DNA of 64,000 bases from Camelus ferus (Eukaryota): assembly GCF_009834535.1 (NCBI RefSeq), contig NC_045696.1:2172001-2236000 (forward strand), read 5' to 3'. The position numbers and the translations under genes are program-made. Numbering within the stretch: position 1 is the first letter of the stretch; each line of letters begins with the position of its first letter. The notes below the pieces were generated by a model, which saw only the letters and a program-made list of their open reading frames with translations, made no database searches and had not been told where the DNA came from. This document shows positions 39,085 through 52,282 of the stretch, one piece after another.

Positions 39085-39735
39085 TTTTGATTTCTTCTTT
39101 ATCATTGGAGTAAAACATCCGTAACACGACATTTACCACTAACGACATTTACCATTCTACCCACTGGGAGCTGAGTGCAGCCAGTGGCACTCAGTCCATT
39201 CACGCTGTTGGGCAACCATCACCACCATCGTCTCCAGAATTTCCATCTTCCCAACAGACACTCTGTCCCCATTAAACACTCACTCCTCCTCCCTCCCCCG
39301 GCCCCTGGCCCTCCACTCCCCGCTTTCTGTCTCCGTGAGTCTGTCTCCTCCAGGGACCTGATGTAAGTGATCAGACAGTATCTGCCCTTCTGTGACTGGC
39401 TTATGTCACTAACACGACGTCCTCCAGGTTCATCCATGTTACAGCCCATGTCAGGACGTCCTTCCTTTTAAAGACTGAATAATATTCCATTGTGTGGATG
39501 GACCACCTTTTCTTTGTCCATCCGTCCATCCGTGGACTCTTAGGTTGTTTTCACCCCTTGGCTGTTGTGAGTAACACTGATGTGGACATGGGTGTGCAAA
39601 TCTCTGTTTGAGACCCTGCTTTCACTTCTTTTGAGTTTATGCCCAGAAGCGGGGCTGCTGGATCACGGGGGAATTCTATGTTTAATTCCGTGAGGAAGTG
39701 CAGTACCATTTTCCACACGGGCTGCCATGCATTTC
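39085..39735 (-). mobile_element. L1MB-type 3' end
   Basis: Antisense L1MB 3' UTR; minus frame QPVWKMVLHFLTELNIEFPRDPAAPLLGINSKE is the L1 ORF2 C-terminus. Confidence 0.88.
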
Positions 39736-40894
39736 TGTTAACATTTTTCAAAAGACCTTTAAAAAGGAAGCAAGTCGCAGACGGCAGAAAGCGAATGGTT
39801 TGGCCTGAAACACAAAAAGTGTGGTGGACCCCCAGGTCCCGTGGGGCCAAGGCACTGTCCCTGGGCTCTGGCAGCAGCAGTGTCCATGCTTGGGGCCTGA
39901 CTCAGCCTGATTCCACGCCCACCCCTCCTGCTGCCCCCTGTGCCCCACATTTGGGCGAGAGGGGCTCCCTCCCTGGGTGCAGGATGGAAGCATGAAGCCC
40001 ACCAGCCAGGAGAACCCTCCCCAAGCCGAACCCCACATGCAGCGAGACCCCAGCCAGCACCTCCCCGGCTCTGAGGGTGTGTTCAGACCTGCTCAGGAAC
40101 CTACCTCACTCTCCCCCCAAAGCCCAGGCCCGGGAGAAGTAAACCTTCTGGCCCCCATGGGTGCACTGCAGTGCCATTAGTCTCCATTTTGGAAATGAAT
40201 TTTGGGTGGGGGTCCATCTGGCTTCTGAGGAGTGAAAAACACAGGGCTTTCCCAGCAGGTGTGCTGAGCTGCACCGGCTGGAACAGTCTCCAGCCAGGGC
40301 AGCACCAGGAGGCAGAAACACCTGGGTCCTCATGTCCACGGGACGCTGCAAGCTTGGGCCATGTAGGTCTCAAAACCTCCACCTGCTTCTTTTTCACCTG
40401 AGGTGGCATCCTTACGTCCTGACAGCGTGTGTCCTAACCCCACTCTGCTGGGAGCATCAGAAAGGGGATAGATCAGAGCTGCCATTAGGTCCCAGCCCAG
40501 CCCTAAGCCCCCAGCGCCTGCCAGCCCTCGGCAGCAGTGGACAGACAGGTCAGCTGTGGGGTCACCTACGACCCCTGCCCAGGGCAGGTTGGTGACAGAC
40601 AGTCCCACTCCCGCTCCTGTGGCTTTCCCAGTGAGCACACATTGCCCATCTCAAATGCCACCCCATCCGCGAGGCAGGGCAGATGCCATCACTGTCCGGT
40701 TCCTCCTCGGACTACAAGACTAAAGGGTCCAGCCTGCAGCGTGGGACTCCCTCCCCAGGAGATGGAAGCAGTTCAGGGAGGCCGTGGGGGCCTGACCCTC
40801 CTGGACACCAGCTGTGCCCACAGTGGGAGCCACGCAGGGGTCCAGCCCTGGCCCACGTTCACCTGCTGGAAGTGGGGGGGGCTCCCACACAGCA

Positions 40895-41040
40895 CTCACC
40901 CTCTTAGGCCTCAGTCTCCTGGTCTGTAGGGTGGGGTGATGAGGGCAGCTGCCTGGGTGGGTCATAGGGCTTAAGGAGTTGATGTGCGTTCTGTGTTCAG
41001 CACAGGGCCTGGCACAGGGCAGGTACTCACTGGACACCTG
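40895..41040 (+). mobile_element. MIR fragment
   Basis: gcctcagtctcctggtctgta...gttcagcacagggcctggcacagggcaggtactca. Confidence 0.6.
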
Positions 41041-42449
41041 GTATTACCTGTCATCACCCTGGGCTGCAGTCTGACCAGCCCGATAAAGCATCTTCGGATC
41101 AGCCACTTGATTAAAGATTCACGTGAAGGAAAAGAAACCGCCTGCAGAGCCCAGTCTCGTCCCCAAGTCCCCTCCTGATTCCTGGGTCCCTGGCTCCCTC
41201 TCCACCATCATTTCACCTCTCCAAGCATCCAAGGGGCTATAACCTGGGGGTTCCCGAGGCCTAGCCCAGCCCGAAGTCAGGAGTCTGGGTCCAGGTCCTA
41301 GATGTTACCTGGGGACAAAATACCTCCCTCCTGCCTCCCCCATCCTCCCAACAGCACTGCGCTGACCATCTCACCCTGTGTGGTGGGTTGGACCATTTGT
41401 CCACAAACCCTCCCCTCCTGGCCTTCCTGTGATGGAATAACCTCCCCTGTCCTGAGGATGGGGTGTGGCCACGAGACCTGCTGATGGTTCTCGGAGGGAA
41501 AGCACTGAGCCGGCTCTGGGCTGGGCTGTACGAGGCCGGCAAGTTTCCGGTAGCCCCTTTAGAGCTTCCTTCCCCCCGTAGTGAGAAGAGACTCCTGGTG
41601 GGTCAAGAATGAAGACGTGGGACGGAGCTGAGCCCCTCCCGGAGCCCACGTCTGCCAGCCCACAGCCAGCACAGGCTTGTGAGCAATAAATGAGTGTGAG
41701 TCGGCATAAGCCACAGCACCACAGACCCACAGTGTTTGTTATGCAGCTATAACTGACTGGTGCATGGATGCAGCATCTTTATTCACTGAGGGGGGCCGAA
41801 CACATGGGAGAGGCAGAGCGGCCTCCGTCCTGAAGTCAGACGAATGCAGCGTGTCACAGAGACAGCACTGGCGGGAAGCCTCTGTCCCAGCTTTTCCTGC
41901 GCTGATCCTACGGGGCTGCAGGGATGAGGAGGATGCGGGAGACTAGCGGGGTGGGGATGTGGGGAGGAGAAGGCACTAACTTGCCCATGTCCAAATGGGG
42001 CCAAGTCTGAGGACCTGGGGGCTAGTTGATCTGTCCAACAAACGCTGGTTGTATCCACAGCGTGCCAGAGCTGGGGCTGTGGCAGGGGACCAAGAGGACA
42101 GGCCCCCTCGCTGGCGGAGCTGACGTTCTAGCAGGGAAGAGCGTCACCTAGATAACAGATGCGACAGTTAGATGCGCAGAACGCCGGGCAGCGGCAAGCG
42201 CTTCCCCGCGGAGTGCGCACGCGCGGACGGTGGGCGTGTCCCTGGTGTGACCCGGGGGCAGCCAGGCGCCTGGTCAGGGCCAGGGGTGTGGGATGGGAGC
42301 TGGACCCCGGCGGGCAGGGCCTCGCCGGCCAAGGAGAGCCTTCAGCCTCACCCGAGGAAGGCAGGAGCTGCTGGAGACCCCGAGCAGGGCGCTGCGGTGG
42401 GTTAACATCTGAAGGCATGGGTCCCGGGACGAGGGCCCCTAGGTCAGTC

Positions 42450-42960
42450 CTCATCACACTGACCGAAGGAAGCCCGGCAGAGACCACGCACGACACAATT
42501 CCGTTTATGCCAAAAGCCCAGGAGAGGTGGTTCTTTAGACACGGAAAGTGAATTGGTGGCTTCCTAGGGTGAGGGTGGGCTGGGAGGGTGAGAGGGTTGG
42601 TAGCTAATGGGTTTGGGACCTCTTTTTCATTTTCTTGAAAATTTCCCCTTTATTTCCCCATTTTTAATGCGGTCATTGGGTTCTCTACCATTCTCCATAT
42701 AGGAGGGTACTTTTTTTAGTAGTATTTAAAAATACAGGAATCTGACACATTTATGCTTAAAGCCATTGCAAACATGAGTTTGATGTAGAAAGTGCTTCCT
42801 GGTTGTCCATGGGGAGGGGTTTCTTTTCAAGGTGATGAAAATGTTGTGAAATTGACTGTGGTGATGTTTACCTGTAACTGTGAATATACTAAAAGCCATT
42901 GAATTGTGCATATCACATTGGTATGTTTGCACTATCTCCCAATAAATCTATTTTAAAAAG
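42450..42960 (+). mobile_element. L1MB-type 3' end interrupted by a retroposed insert
   Basis: gaaagtgaattggtggcttcctaggg...gtgatgaaaatgttgtgaaattg...gtgaatatactaaaagccattgaattgt...aataaa. Confidence 0.8.
42623..42808 (-). pseudogene. Probable retroposed mRNA 3'-end fragment, parent unknown
   Basis: On the minus strand, AATAAA (42654-42649) lies ~20 nt before an A-rich end. Flanked by a degenerate duplication of the host L1MB target. Confidence 0.55.
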
Positions 42961-45327
42961 TTGGGGCACAGTTTAATGATCGCAGCCACGCAGTTGAAAC
43001 CCATGCTTCTCAGACCCACTGTGACATCCTGCCTCTCCCTCGACTGCCGTCCTGACCAAAGGCCGGAGCCGCAGCCCGGCCCCTCCCGGTGGCCTCCCAG
43101 AGGTACAGCTCTCAAGCGAGGGAGGCCTCCCGGGGAGCTTAGCCCCTGTGGCAGCCCCTCCTGCAGTCCGCGCACAACGTGGTGGTTCTGCTCCACAGAA
43201 GAGATCTTGTGGTCCCCTTAAGCCGACTGTCCCTTGTATTCTGTCCTTTACGATGGCGCAGGCTTGGAAAATCAGACGTCAGAAACTCGGGGCACTTGAG
43301 CTGTGCCCCTGATTACTGTGCCTCTCAGAGAAGTTTAACTGGCTTAGTTATTTCCGGGTGACGCTCCTTCAAGGGAAGCTGGGAAGGTGCTATTTAAATC
43401 CAAGATCTAATTTTTGTCCTTTTCTGAAAAAAGCAGCTGTGACAGTCAGTACCTGCTCCAGAGGGCTGCTGTTAAATTTAATTGTTTCTTAGCTTGTGAG
43501 TTTTCCTAGAGTGAGATTTGGCGCCGGCACCTGTGATGTAAGTAAACACGTAAACCCACCAGGATGTCCGTGGGAGGCAAGAAGACAAGGCCCCGATTCT
43601 GCATGTGTCCCAGGGCTGGGACCTCAGATGTGACAGCTCTTTCCCTCGCCCTGACCCCAGCGCAGTCCTGCTGTGGTTCCCTCTCCACAGCGGTGGCCTG
43701 CGCAGGGAGCCCCGCTTTCAGCACCACGGCCAGCGCCGGAGACGCTTCCCGCGTGCAGAGAGGCTGCCTGCCCAGCTCTGCCCAGGTCTTCCGTTCATTC
43801 CCAAGGCTGGACATCACTCAGACCTGCCTCTCTCTCCAGATAACTCACCCCACATTCACCGTCCCTCCCCTGGCTTCTTTGACATTTATTTGCTCTGCAT
43901 GTTTACTGAGCCAGCTCTGTGCTCACCATGGCTGGGTTCAGGGGCCGGGGATGAAAAGACAGTCCCAGTAGTTGCTCCAGGGAAGGGAGTCTGGAGGCGA
44001 GGCTGGTACTGATGGGGAGAGTCTTGGGCCTTGGGCCACCCACCATTGTGACCAAATGGGCTTTGGGGACATGCCTGGGGGAAGTCGCCATTCAGGCACC
44101 ACATTAGCAAGGAGACTCCAGGTCAAACAGCCAGGGAGCAGCAGGCCACAGAGCCCCAGCACCAGGCTCAGGGGCCAGGGCCAGCAGACTGACTTGCAGA
44201 CAGGATGCCAGGCATCCAAATCAGGACTCTCTGAGGCCAGGACCCTGGGAGATGCTGACCGCTGGAGTGCAGGGGACGGAGCCCAGAGTTGTAGTTCCAA
44301 GCTGTCATGAGATGAGGTCCAGAGTCTGAGAACCAGGCAGGGCCTGAGAGAGGGGTCCAGACCCCAGACATAGGCCCCACCCCCAGGAGGGGAAGATAGA
44401 GAAGTGCCGACGGGGCCAGAGATGAACCAACTCTGACAAGCCTGTCTCTCCTTCCCATTTTAATGGCCCCAAGTGTGGGCCAAGTTTTCAGCAAAACCGC
44501 TGTTCTTGTTGAGGGCATGGACCCTGATTTGGGGAAACCACCCACCCCATCCCCGGGCTGTGTGATGCCATGGTGTGTTGACTCCACTCCCGCCTGCGCA
44601 GAGATGGTGGGGCTCAGGCCAGGGGCCACAGCTGAGGGGCGGGGACTTGAGCCAGGCCCATGAGATGGGATTCTAGAACCTGGATGTCTCCAAAGTTCTG
44701 ATCTCTGCTTTTGCAGGGTTCCCAGCTGTAAGGAATAGAAGCTGGGTGCTCCTAGGGCTGCCGCAGTTGACATGGCCCACACGGAGGAAAGCAGAGCAGA
44801 GAAGTGGAGAGAGCGAGGGGGAGGAAGCTGAGGGAGACCCAGAGGCCAAGACAGGCAGAGAGCGCCCTCCAGCCCTGGGTCCGCCCCGCGGGACCCGCCA
44901 GGTACCCTTGGCCATTTGGAGTTGGGTTTCCAGCACTTGCAGCCAGACTCTGACTGGCACCTGGGACTGCGGGGCCCCCACGGGGATGCCTCTGACTGCT
45001 TCTTCTGGAGGTTTCAGGAGGCACGGAAGAGAGGGGAGGTAGACACTCGGGGTTGTCTGTTCCTAGAGCTCCCTGGATCTCCTGTGCCTGCTGCCAACCT
45101 TCAGACAGACTCAGAGCCTGGCTGCACCTCTCTCTGGTGTGAGCCAGATCAGGGTGCAGGGCGGGCTTCAGAGTCTTCCCCACACCCGGCCTTGGTGCTT
45201 GTTCTTCCACTTGTGCTTTGCTTTTCCCTCTAATATTCTCCATTGTGTCTCTTCATCTTGAGACAAAGCAGCCCATTTCTTCTGAATCAGGGAGTGTCAC
45301 CCCCCATCAGCCATCTCTGTAAGGCTC

Positions 45328-45966
45328 TGTAATCAAGCAGGACCCTTGGGCCTTCCCAGGACAGACCCCCCCCCCCGCCCCACCCCATGTCCTCTGCCTG
45401 CCTTTTGTCTGTAGAAGAACTTTAGCCAAAGAATAAACTTAGTCAGAGAAGTGAGAAAATGCAGAAACAAAGGAAAACAGTCAGCAAGATGAAATAATAA
45501 TAGTTTAGCCATTAAACAAAGTCAAGGACATGCCATTCCTCCTCCAGGGCTGGAGATCATATTCTGAGCCATGTCCTTCCAGCTACTTTGCAGACACTGA
45601 AACCCCCACCAGGTGGAAGAAGGTAACTGTGTGCAGCTCACAAGCACATAGACCCCAGACTGGTTGGAACCAGAAGGTTGATGACGTTGGCTCTTGGTTA
45701 CCTCACCACCAGCCAATCAGAAGAATGTCCACAGCTGATCATGCACCCCACAACCCTCTCCTCAGCGCGTAACCCCTTCCTCTTTTCCCTGTGTAATCTA
45801 CCTGCAAAGCCTGGAGGGGGGGAGTTGGCTGTTTGGGACACAAGTCCGCCTTCTCCCCAGGACTGCTGGCTTCCTCAATAAAGCTGTCTTTCCTTTTACT
45901 CAGCACTTTTCTCTCAATGTTGGATTCTTGAGCAACGAGCAGTTGAACCTGAGTTTGTTAGCAGCA
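45328..45966 (+). mobile_element. Solo ERV1-class LTR
   Basis: Starts TGTAA and ends CA. CCAAT at ~45713 and AATAAA at ~45877. 4-bp flanks GCTC/ACTC (3 of 4 match). Confidence 0.8.
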
Positions 45967-46313
45967 ACTCCACCCCTTTCTCTTGGTTCAAAATAGTTTC
46001 AAACGCTCCCATATGTGGCACTAAACTCTACCATTCTTTTGGAAAAGCAGTTTGCTATGTGCCAAGAGCAATAAAGTGCTCTATTTGACCCAAATCCATC
46101 TGGGACCCTACCTGAAAGTAATTATCCGCATCCCAAAAAAAACTTTGTACACAAAGATGTTTGTCACAAAGTTTAAATTGACAGCAACTAAGTGCCTATC
46201 AAGTATTACTGCTTACAACGATACAAAAAATGCTATATATTGGGGGTAAAGATTGGAGGAGTACCAGCCAAAATATTCACAATTATTACCTTTACGTGGT
46301 CAGATTGATCTAC

Positions 46314-46344
<31 letters not shown>

Positions 46345-47123
46345 AGTTTTCCAAATTTCTCCAAGTTTATTTAATTGAAATTTTATTTTTTAATTTAAAA
46401 ATATGCTTTCATGCCGGTTACCCAGTTCCTGTGGGGCAGCTCCTGACACATGATGAATTTAGCTCCCATCTACAATTACAGTGACGTGCATGGATGGTTT
46501 TGAGTCAACAGTGAAAGGATGGTAATTACATACCTATAAAATTGGAAATGACAGTTATTAATTATAGCCCCAGTGACTAATCTTCTGTCCACCTCACAGT
46601 TGTGTTGGTAAAAACCAGCCGGAAGGTAGATTAAAAGGTACCTGGGAGGAAATTAAAGCCCATTTCAAATGCTGGGAACTCACACTCTGGAGCGAAGCCT
46701 GGAGCTCAGAGGTGCACTTTCTAAAACCTAAACAAGACAAGGAGGTGGCATTTTATTTTTAACCAGATCAGATTCTCCTCTAACGCTGGTGCGCACAGCT
46801 GGGAAGTGACAGGCAAAGAGCAGGTCTGTTCAGACCTCCCCTGGGTCCCCTTGAAAGACCTGAGATGGGTCTTCTGCACCCTTCAGTGAGGACAGAGTTC
46901 TGCAGGGGAAGCACCCCTGGTTTCAGGGAGCTCTCTGGCCACCTCGGTCCTGAAATCCCCGTGTTCACCATCCTCCCACTTGTCAGCTGTGCCCCCAGGG
47001 GTGTGTGAACCCCACGGCGGAGGGACCGTGTCCTTCCAGCTTCGGTGCTCAGCACAGCAAATGTCGGGCATGTGGTGACTCACTGTCTCTGCTGTAAGGG
47101 TGCCCAGGATTTGTTTAACGAGG

Positions 47124-47632
47124 TGTATTTAATGAGAAATGGAAACAATGTCACAAGGAAAGAAGTTTTACTCACTGATTCCTAGAATCAGGAGACATGC
47201 ATTCCATGCAGGGCCACGCAGGGAAGCACCAGGGTTGGTCAGGAGGCAGGGACCATGAGAGGAAAACGGAGGCAGGAGTTTTATGGTGGTTTCCACAAAA
47301 AGGAACAGGCGAGACTGGGTCAGTAGACTTGGGGTTGGCTGGTCTGAATCAGCCCAGCAGGCTCTGGGCGCAGGCGCTGTCCCCAGGTACGTGCCGTCCT
47401 GTGTGATTAGGGCAGGTGGACGGTGGCCCAGAGTTTGAGAGCCCCGTGGAGGAGGGGTTTGGGGTGTGGGTTCTGGATTGGTTGGTCTACATATGAAAGG
47501 AGCACTCGAAGGCGAGTTGTTTGCCATCTCTAGGGATCAGCTAACCGGGGAGGGACAGCCCCTCCGAGGTCAGCAAGGCCCCAGTGTGTCCAGGCATCAG
47601 AACACGGGAAATAAAAAGGCGTGGTGACGCAG
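47124..47632 (-). mobile_element. MER74/MER54-like ERVL LTR
   Basis: Antisense of ...ggggccttgctgacctcggagggg...gagatggcaaacaactcgcc...tttcatatgtagaccaaccaatccagaaccca. Confidence 0.65.
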
Positions 47633-48699
47633 CGTCCACAGCTGCGTATCTCAGCGGCAGGAGGTCGAGCTGTGGCTCGCTGTGCCTCTGCTGGGTGCCC
47701 TCCTCTCTGTGTCCCTTGGACCCTGGCATTGGCTGTAATCCTTAGGACCTTTTCCAAATGTTTCTTCTTTTCTGTGAGTCTTTGGTGCTACCTGCCAAAC
47801 ACCCCCATTGTCCCCTCAACAAAATTAAAACAAATAAATTTAAATTAAAAAACTATTTTTTAATGACATCGGGTTACTTTAGATTTTTCCATTGTCGATA
47901 CACTGTAAAGAATTTTCTTGCACCAAAGAGTTTTACCTCAGTTAAATCACTCCCATGGGATTAATTCCCAGTCAAGGAATAGAATTTCTAAAAATGGTTC
48001 TTGTAATGTAGTCTGTGTCTGTCTCATTTTTTTACTTTATCATTTTTGTATAAAAAGTTCAAACTCCAACAGAAAAGTTGAAAGAACCAGAGAGGGGACT
48101 CAAGGTCTTGATTCCACAATCACAGAGCCAGTCCTCCAGCTACCCCACCTCCCCTCCATCAATCTGTCTTATTTTTATGCATTTCAAAGTAAATTCCAAA
48201 TATCAGTATGTTTCTCCCCACAAAATACTTCAACATGCATTTTGTTAACTAGAGTTTAAGCTCGATGTTTACTTACGGTTCTCCTGAAATGAAACTTACA
48301 CACGGTGAAACGCACGGGATTTGCTGGCGTCTGGCAAATCCGTACCCCTGTGTAACCCAGGCCCTTGCGAGTACATACTGTGGCCACTGTTCCAGAAGCG
48401 TCCTTCACGCCCCCACCCCCCACCATTGTTCTGATCCTGCTCTCCCACGGATTAATTTTGCCCGTTTGCCTTTTTAGAACTTCATGCAAATGGAAGGACA
48501 CAGTGGGTGCGCTCTGGGTAAGGCTTCCTTCAGCACGACAGGTTTCAGACTCATCAGCGTTGCTGCGTGCGTAAGTAATTCTCTCCTTTTTACTGCTGGC
48601 TCCAATTCCATACTATGGAGGTAGCACAGTTGATCTGTTTTCCTGTTGATGGGTATCTGGGCTTTTTTTTTTTCTAATTTGGGGCTGTTTTGAATAGAG

Positions 48700-49010
48700 C
48701 TGTGCTGTGGACCAACTGTGTCCCCCTCAAAGTCTATGTGTTGAAATCTAATCTCCAGCACGTTGGTACCAGAAGGCGGGGCTTTGGGGTGATCAGGTCG
48801 TGAGGGCAGAGCTGTCACAAATGGGATCGGTACCCTTGTAGGGAGAGGCCTCTCCTCACACGGGAGGCTCTGACAGGAAGGCGGCAGTCTGCACCGGAGG
48901 GGGGCCTCCCCAGGACCTGGCCTGGCCTCAGACTCAGGCCTGCAGACCTGGAGAAACAAACGCGTGCTCTTGGTATGCTTTGTCTGAGCAGCCCAAGCCA
49001 AGATGAGGGA
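48700..49010 (+). mobile_element. MLT1A-like MaLR LTR
   Basis: tgctgtggaccaactgtgtccccctcaaagtctatgtgttgaaatctaa...gcagcccaagccaag. Confidence 0.8.
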
Positions 49011-49204
49011 CTGTGAAGATGCTTGCAAGAGTCTTTTTGTGACATGTCGTTCCATGTTTTTCTTACTTAGAAACCTAAAAGAGCAACTGCTGGGTTATGG
49101 GGCAGCTGGTGTCTAGTTTCGTGAGAAACTCGCAGCTCTTTACCAGAGCTGTGGCATTTCACACACCCGTCCGCGGCAGCTCCGCACCGTTGCTAAACAT
49201 GTCT

Positions 49205-49352
49205 TTTTAGTTTTTAGTTTTTGAATTTTGGGGGGGAGGGGAGGTAATTAGGTTTTTATTTCTTTATTTATTTTTAGTGGAGGCACTGGGGATTGAACCC
49301 AGGACCTCATGCGTGCTAAGCACACGCTGTACCACTGAGCTATGCCCTCCCC
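49205..49352 (-). mobile_element. Vic-1-type SINE
   Basis: Antisense head, gaggtaattaggttt segment, TSD-like catgtctttt/catctcttta. Confidence 0.88.
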
Positions 49353-51822
49353 TCCCCTCATCTCTTTAATTTTAGCCATTCTGATGAGTGCTGTAGTGGT
49401 AGATCACTGTAGATTTTACCTTTATTTCCTTGATATCTAATGATGCTGCACACTTTTTCATGTACATTTTGGCCATTTATGTCTTCTATTTTGAAGTATC
49501 TATTCAAATCATTTGCCACTTCTTTAGCTATTTGTCCTTTTATTGTTGAGTTGTAGGAGTTCTTTACATATGCTGGACCTCAGTCCTTGACAGACATGCA
49601 TTTTACAAATATTTTCTCCCAGTCTGTGGCTTGCCTATTTATTTCATAATGAAGCTTTTGATGAGCAGAACTCCTTAATTTTGATGAAGTTGAATTTTCT
49701 GTTATGATTATTGCTTTCTGCGTACTTTCTAAGAAATCTTTGCCTACCACCAAGTCAAAAAGTTATGCTCCTATATTTACTCCTAGAAGGTTCATGGTTT
49801 TAGCTTACATTTTGTCTAGGATCCATCACAATTTAACTTTGAGTAAGGTGTGAGGTAAGGACCAAGCTTCATTATTTTCCATGTGGATATCCAGCAGTTT
49901 CAGAACTGCTTGTTAAGAACTTTCTTACCTGCACTCGGTTGCTTTAGTGCTTTTGTTGAAAATCAGATGGTAGTATAAACGGGGATCTGTTTCTGGGTTC
50001 TCTATTTTGCACCAGTGATGTATTGTCTGTTATTCGCCAGTACTATGCTGTCTGATTACTGGAGTTTTATGGTGAAACTTGAAATCCAGTAACGTGAGTC
50101 TTGCAACTGTTCTTTTTCAAGAGCACTTTGGATTTTCTAGGTCTTTTGTATTTCCGTATACATTTTAAACCAGCTCATCAACTGCTCCAACCAGAGCTTG
50201 CTGAGACTGGGGGTTTTTGCATTAAATCGATATATCGATTTGAGAAGAACTGACCTCTTATCAATACTGGGTCTTCCAGATCACTGAACATGGTACACCT
50301 CTCCAATGATTTAGTCTCCTTTAATTTCTTTCAGCATGTCGTTTAGTGTGTGCGCAGCTTATTCATTATTAAACTCATAACATTTCATTGTAAAACTTGG
50401 AAAATACAAAAAAGTAGATATAATGACAGAAAAGAACCCCCCACTCTGTGGCACTGCTTAGAGACCCCTGCTGTTAACAGCCCGTGCGTTTGCTCCCAGT
50501 CTTTTCTACGTGTAGTTTTTGTTTGTTGTACACAGCTTGTTAGTTGTGTATGTAAAATTGTGTACCTTGCATTTATGACTTTAGCTCACTGTAGCAAACC
50601 CTGTTGGTGCCTGGCCTACATGCCCTGGGTCTTCTCCAAAAATGATTCCAACACTTGTTTCTTGCATCTCTGCCCGAGGGTGTCTCCAGCCCCAGAGGCT
50701 GCTTGGGTGGCACATGGAGCAATCAGAGCACTGGGGAGTTGGTGCCACCGGAGTAATCCTCCAACACATAGATGAGATGCTGGATGGATGCCCCAGCAGC
50801 CTGTCTCTTCCATGGAAGCATTCTGAGGCGTCTCTCCGTCTCTCCAGGGTCCCCAATGGGACCAAGCTCCCCGCTCCTGTGAGCCCTCTTCTCTCCTCCC
50901 AGTCCTCTCCTATCTCCCACCCAAGAGGACCACCCGTGCCTTGGGCCAGCTTGGGTGGGAACCCACACTAAGACACATTTCCCCAGGTATCTTAATTCTC
51001 TGGACATGTCAGTTTCAGTTGCCGCATAATATTCCATCCAATATATTTACCATGGTTTTCTCAATCCTTCCCTCTTTTTGGTGAGCTTTTCACTTTCTTA
51101 GAAGTGCCACAAAGACCAGAGTTATGTATGATGCTTTTTTGGTATTTAGAGTAATTTCCTTAGGATCGTTTCCTAGAATAGGAATTTTTTTGAGGCTCTG
51201 AATTTGCACTGCCAAAATGCTCTTCTGAAAAAAATGAAACCGATTTAGAGTCCTCCCAGTAGGATATAAAAGTGCCTGTTGTATCATATGCTGAGTGGCC
51301 CATATTTTCCAAGAGGAATTAACATCTACTCTTGGTTTATGTAATGGAAAAATAAAACTGAGTGATTTTTTTTTCCACTTCAGGTGATTCAGGAAGAAAA
51401 CAGACACACCACCGATTTTCATAGGTTTCTTCTGTGTTTCTCTTGTGCAGCAAATAGAAATAATTTCTATCAGGGACCCCTAGTCAGAACACCTCCTGAA
51501 GGAGCCAGCAGCACCCACAAAGATAACAGTTTCTGGGCCATGAGTCGGGTCTGTCCTACATTTGGAGCAATTCAAGGATGCTTCACTGAGGGCCAGGATT
51601 TGAGAACAAATTACTTTTTCATTTTTCAAGTGTTTTTTCATTTGGCAGAAGAAATGTACTAAGATAAGAAAACATGTGTAGCTCAGAAATGTGGTTTACG
51701 AAAAACAGATTAAAAACTAGCTCTTTGGTCCCCAAAGAATTCCACCAGAGAGAGTCTCTTGGTATCACCGTCCTCCTGGATGAATGAGACAAGAGGGTAC
51801 CACTTTGCTCTTGGTTGGTTTC

Positions 51823-52282
51823 CATGGTAAACAGAATGATGACCCCCAAAGAGGTTCACACCCTCTTCCCCAGAACCTGAGAATGTTACCTTACAGGGTA
51901 AAAGGGACTTTGCAGATGGGATTAAGTTAAAGATGGGGAGATGCGGGGATGCGGGCTGGCGATGGGGGACTCAGTGTCATCAGAGGGGACACAATGCCAT
52001 CACACCATCTGTGAGGGAGGCAGAGGGTCAGAGTAAGAGAAGGAGACAAGACGGTGGAAGCAGGTCAGAGGGAAGCTGGCCGTGGAGGTGCCGGAGGGGC
52101 CGTGAGCCCAGGGAAAGACGAGAAGGTGGTTTTTTTCCCCCGGAGCCCCTAGGAGGAAGACAGCCTTGCCCTGACCTTGACTCTAGGACTTCTGTCTCCA
52201 GAACAGTGAGATAATAAATCTGCGTTGTTTTAAGCCACTAAGTTTGTGATCATTTGTTCCACAGCCACAAGAAACCACGGCA
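51823..52282 (+). mobile_element. MLT1D MaLR LTR
   Basis: gaatgttaccttacagggtaaaagggactttgcagatg...gagataataaatctgcgttgttttaagccactaagtttgtg. Confidence 0.88.

Larger units (their letters stand above)
48020..50340 (-). mobile_element. L1MC/L1M 3' end and ORF2, interrupted by MLT1A and a SINE
   Basis: T-rich antisense L1 text, e.g. ttttagccattctgatgag, ttccatgtggatatccag, gagaagaactgacctctt. Confidence 0.82.
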
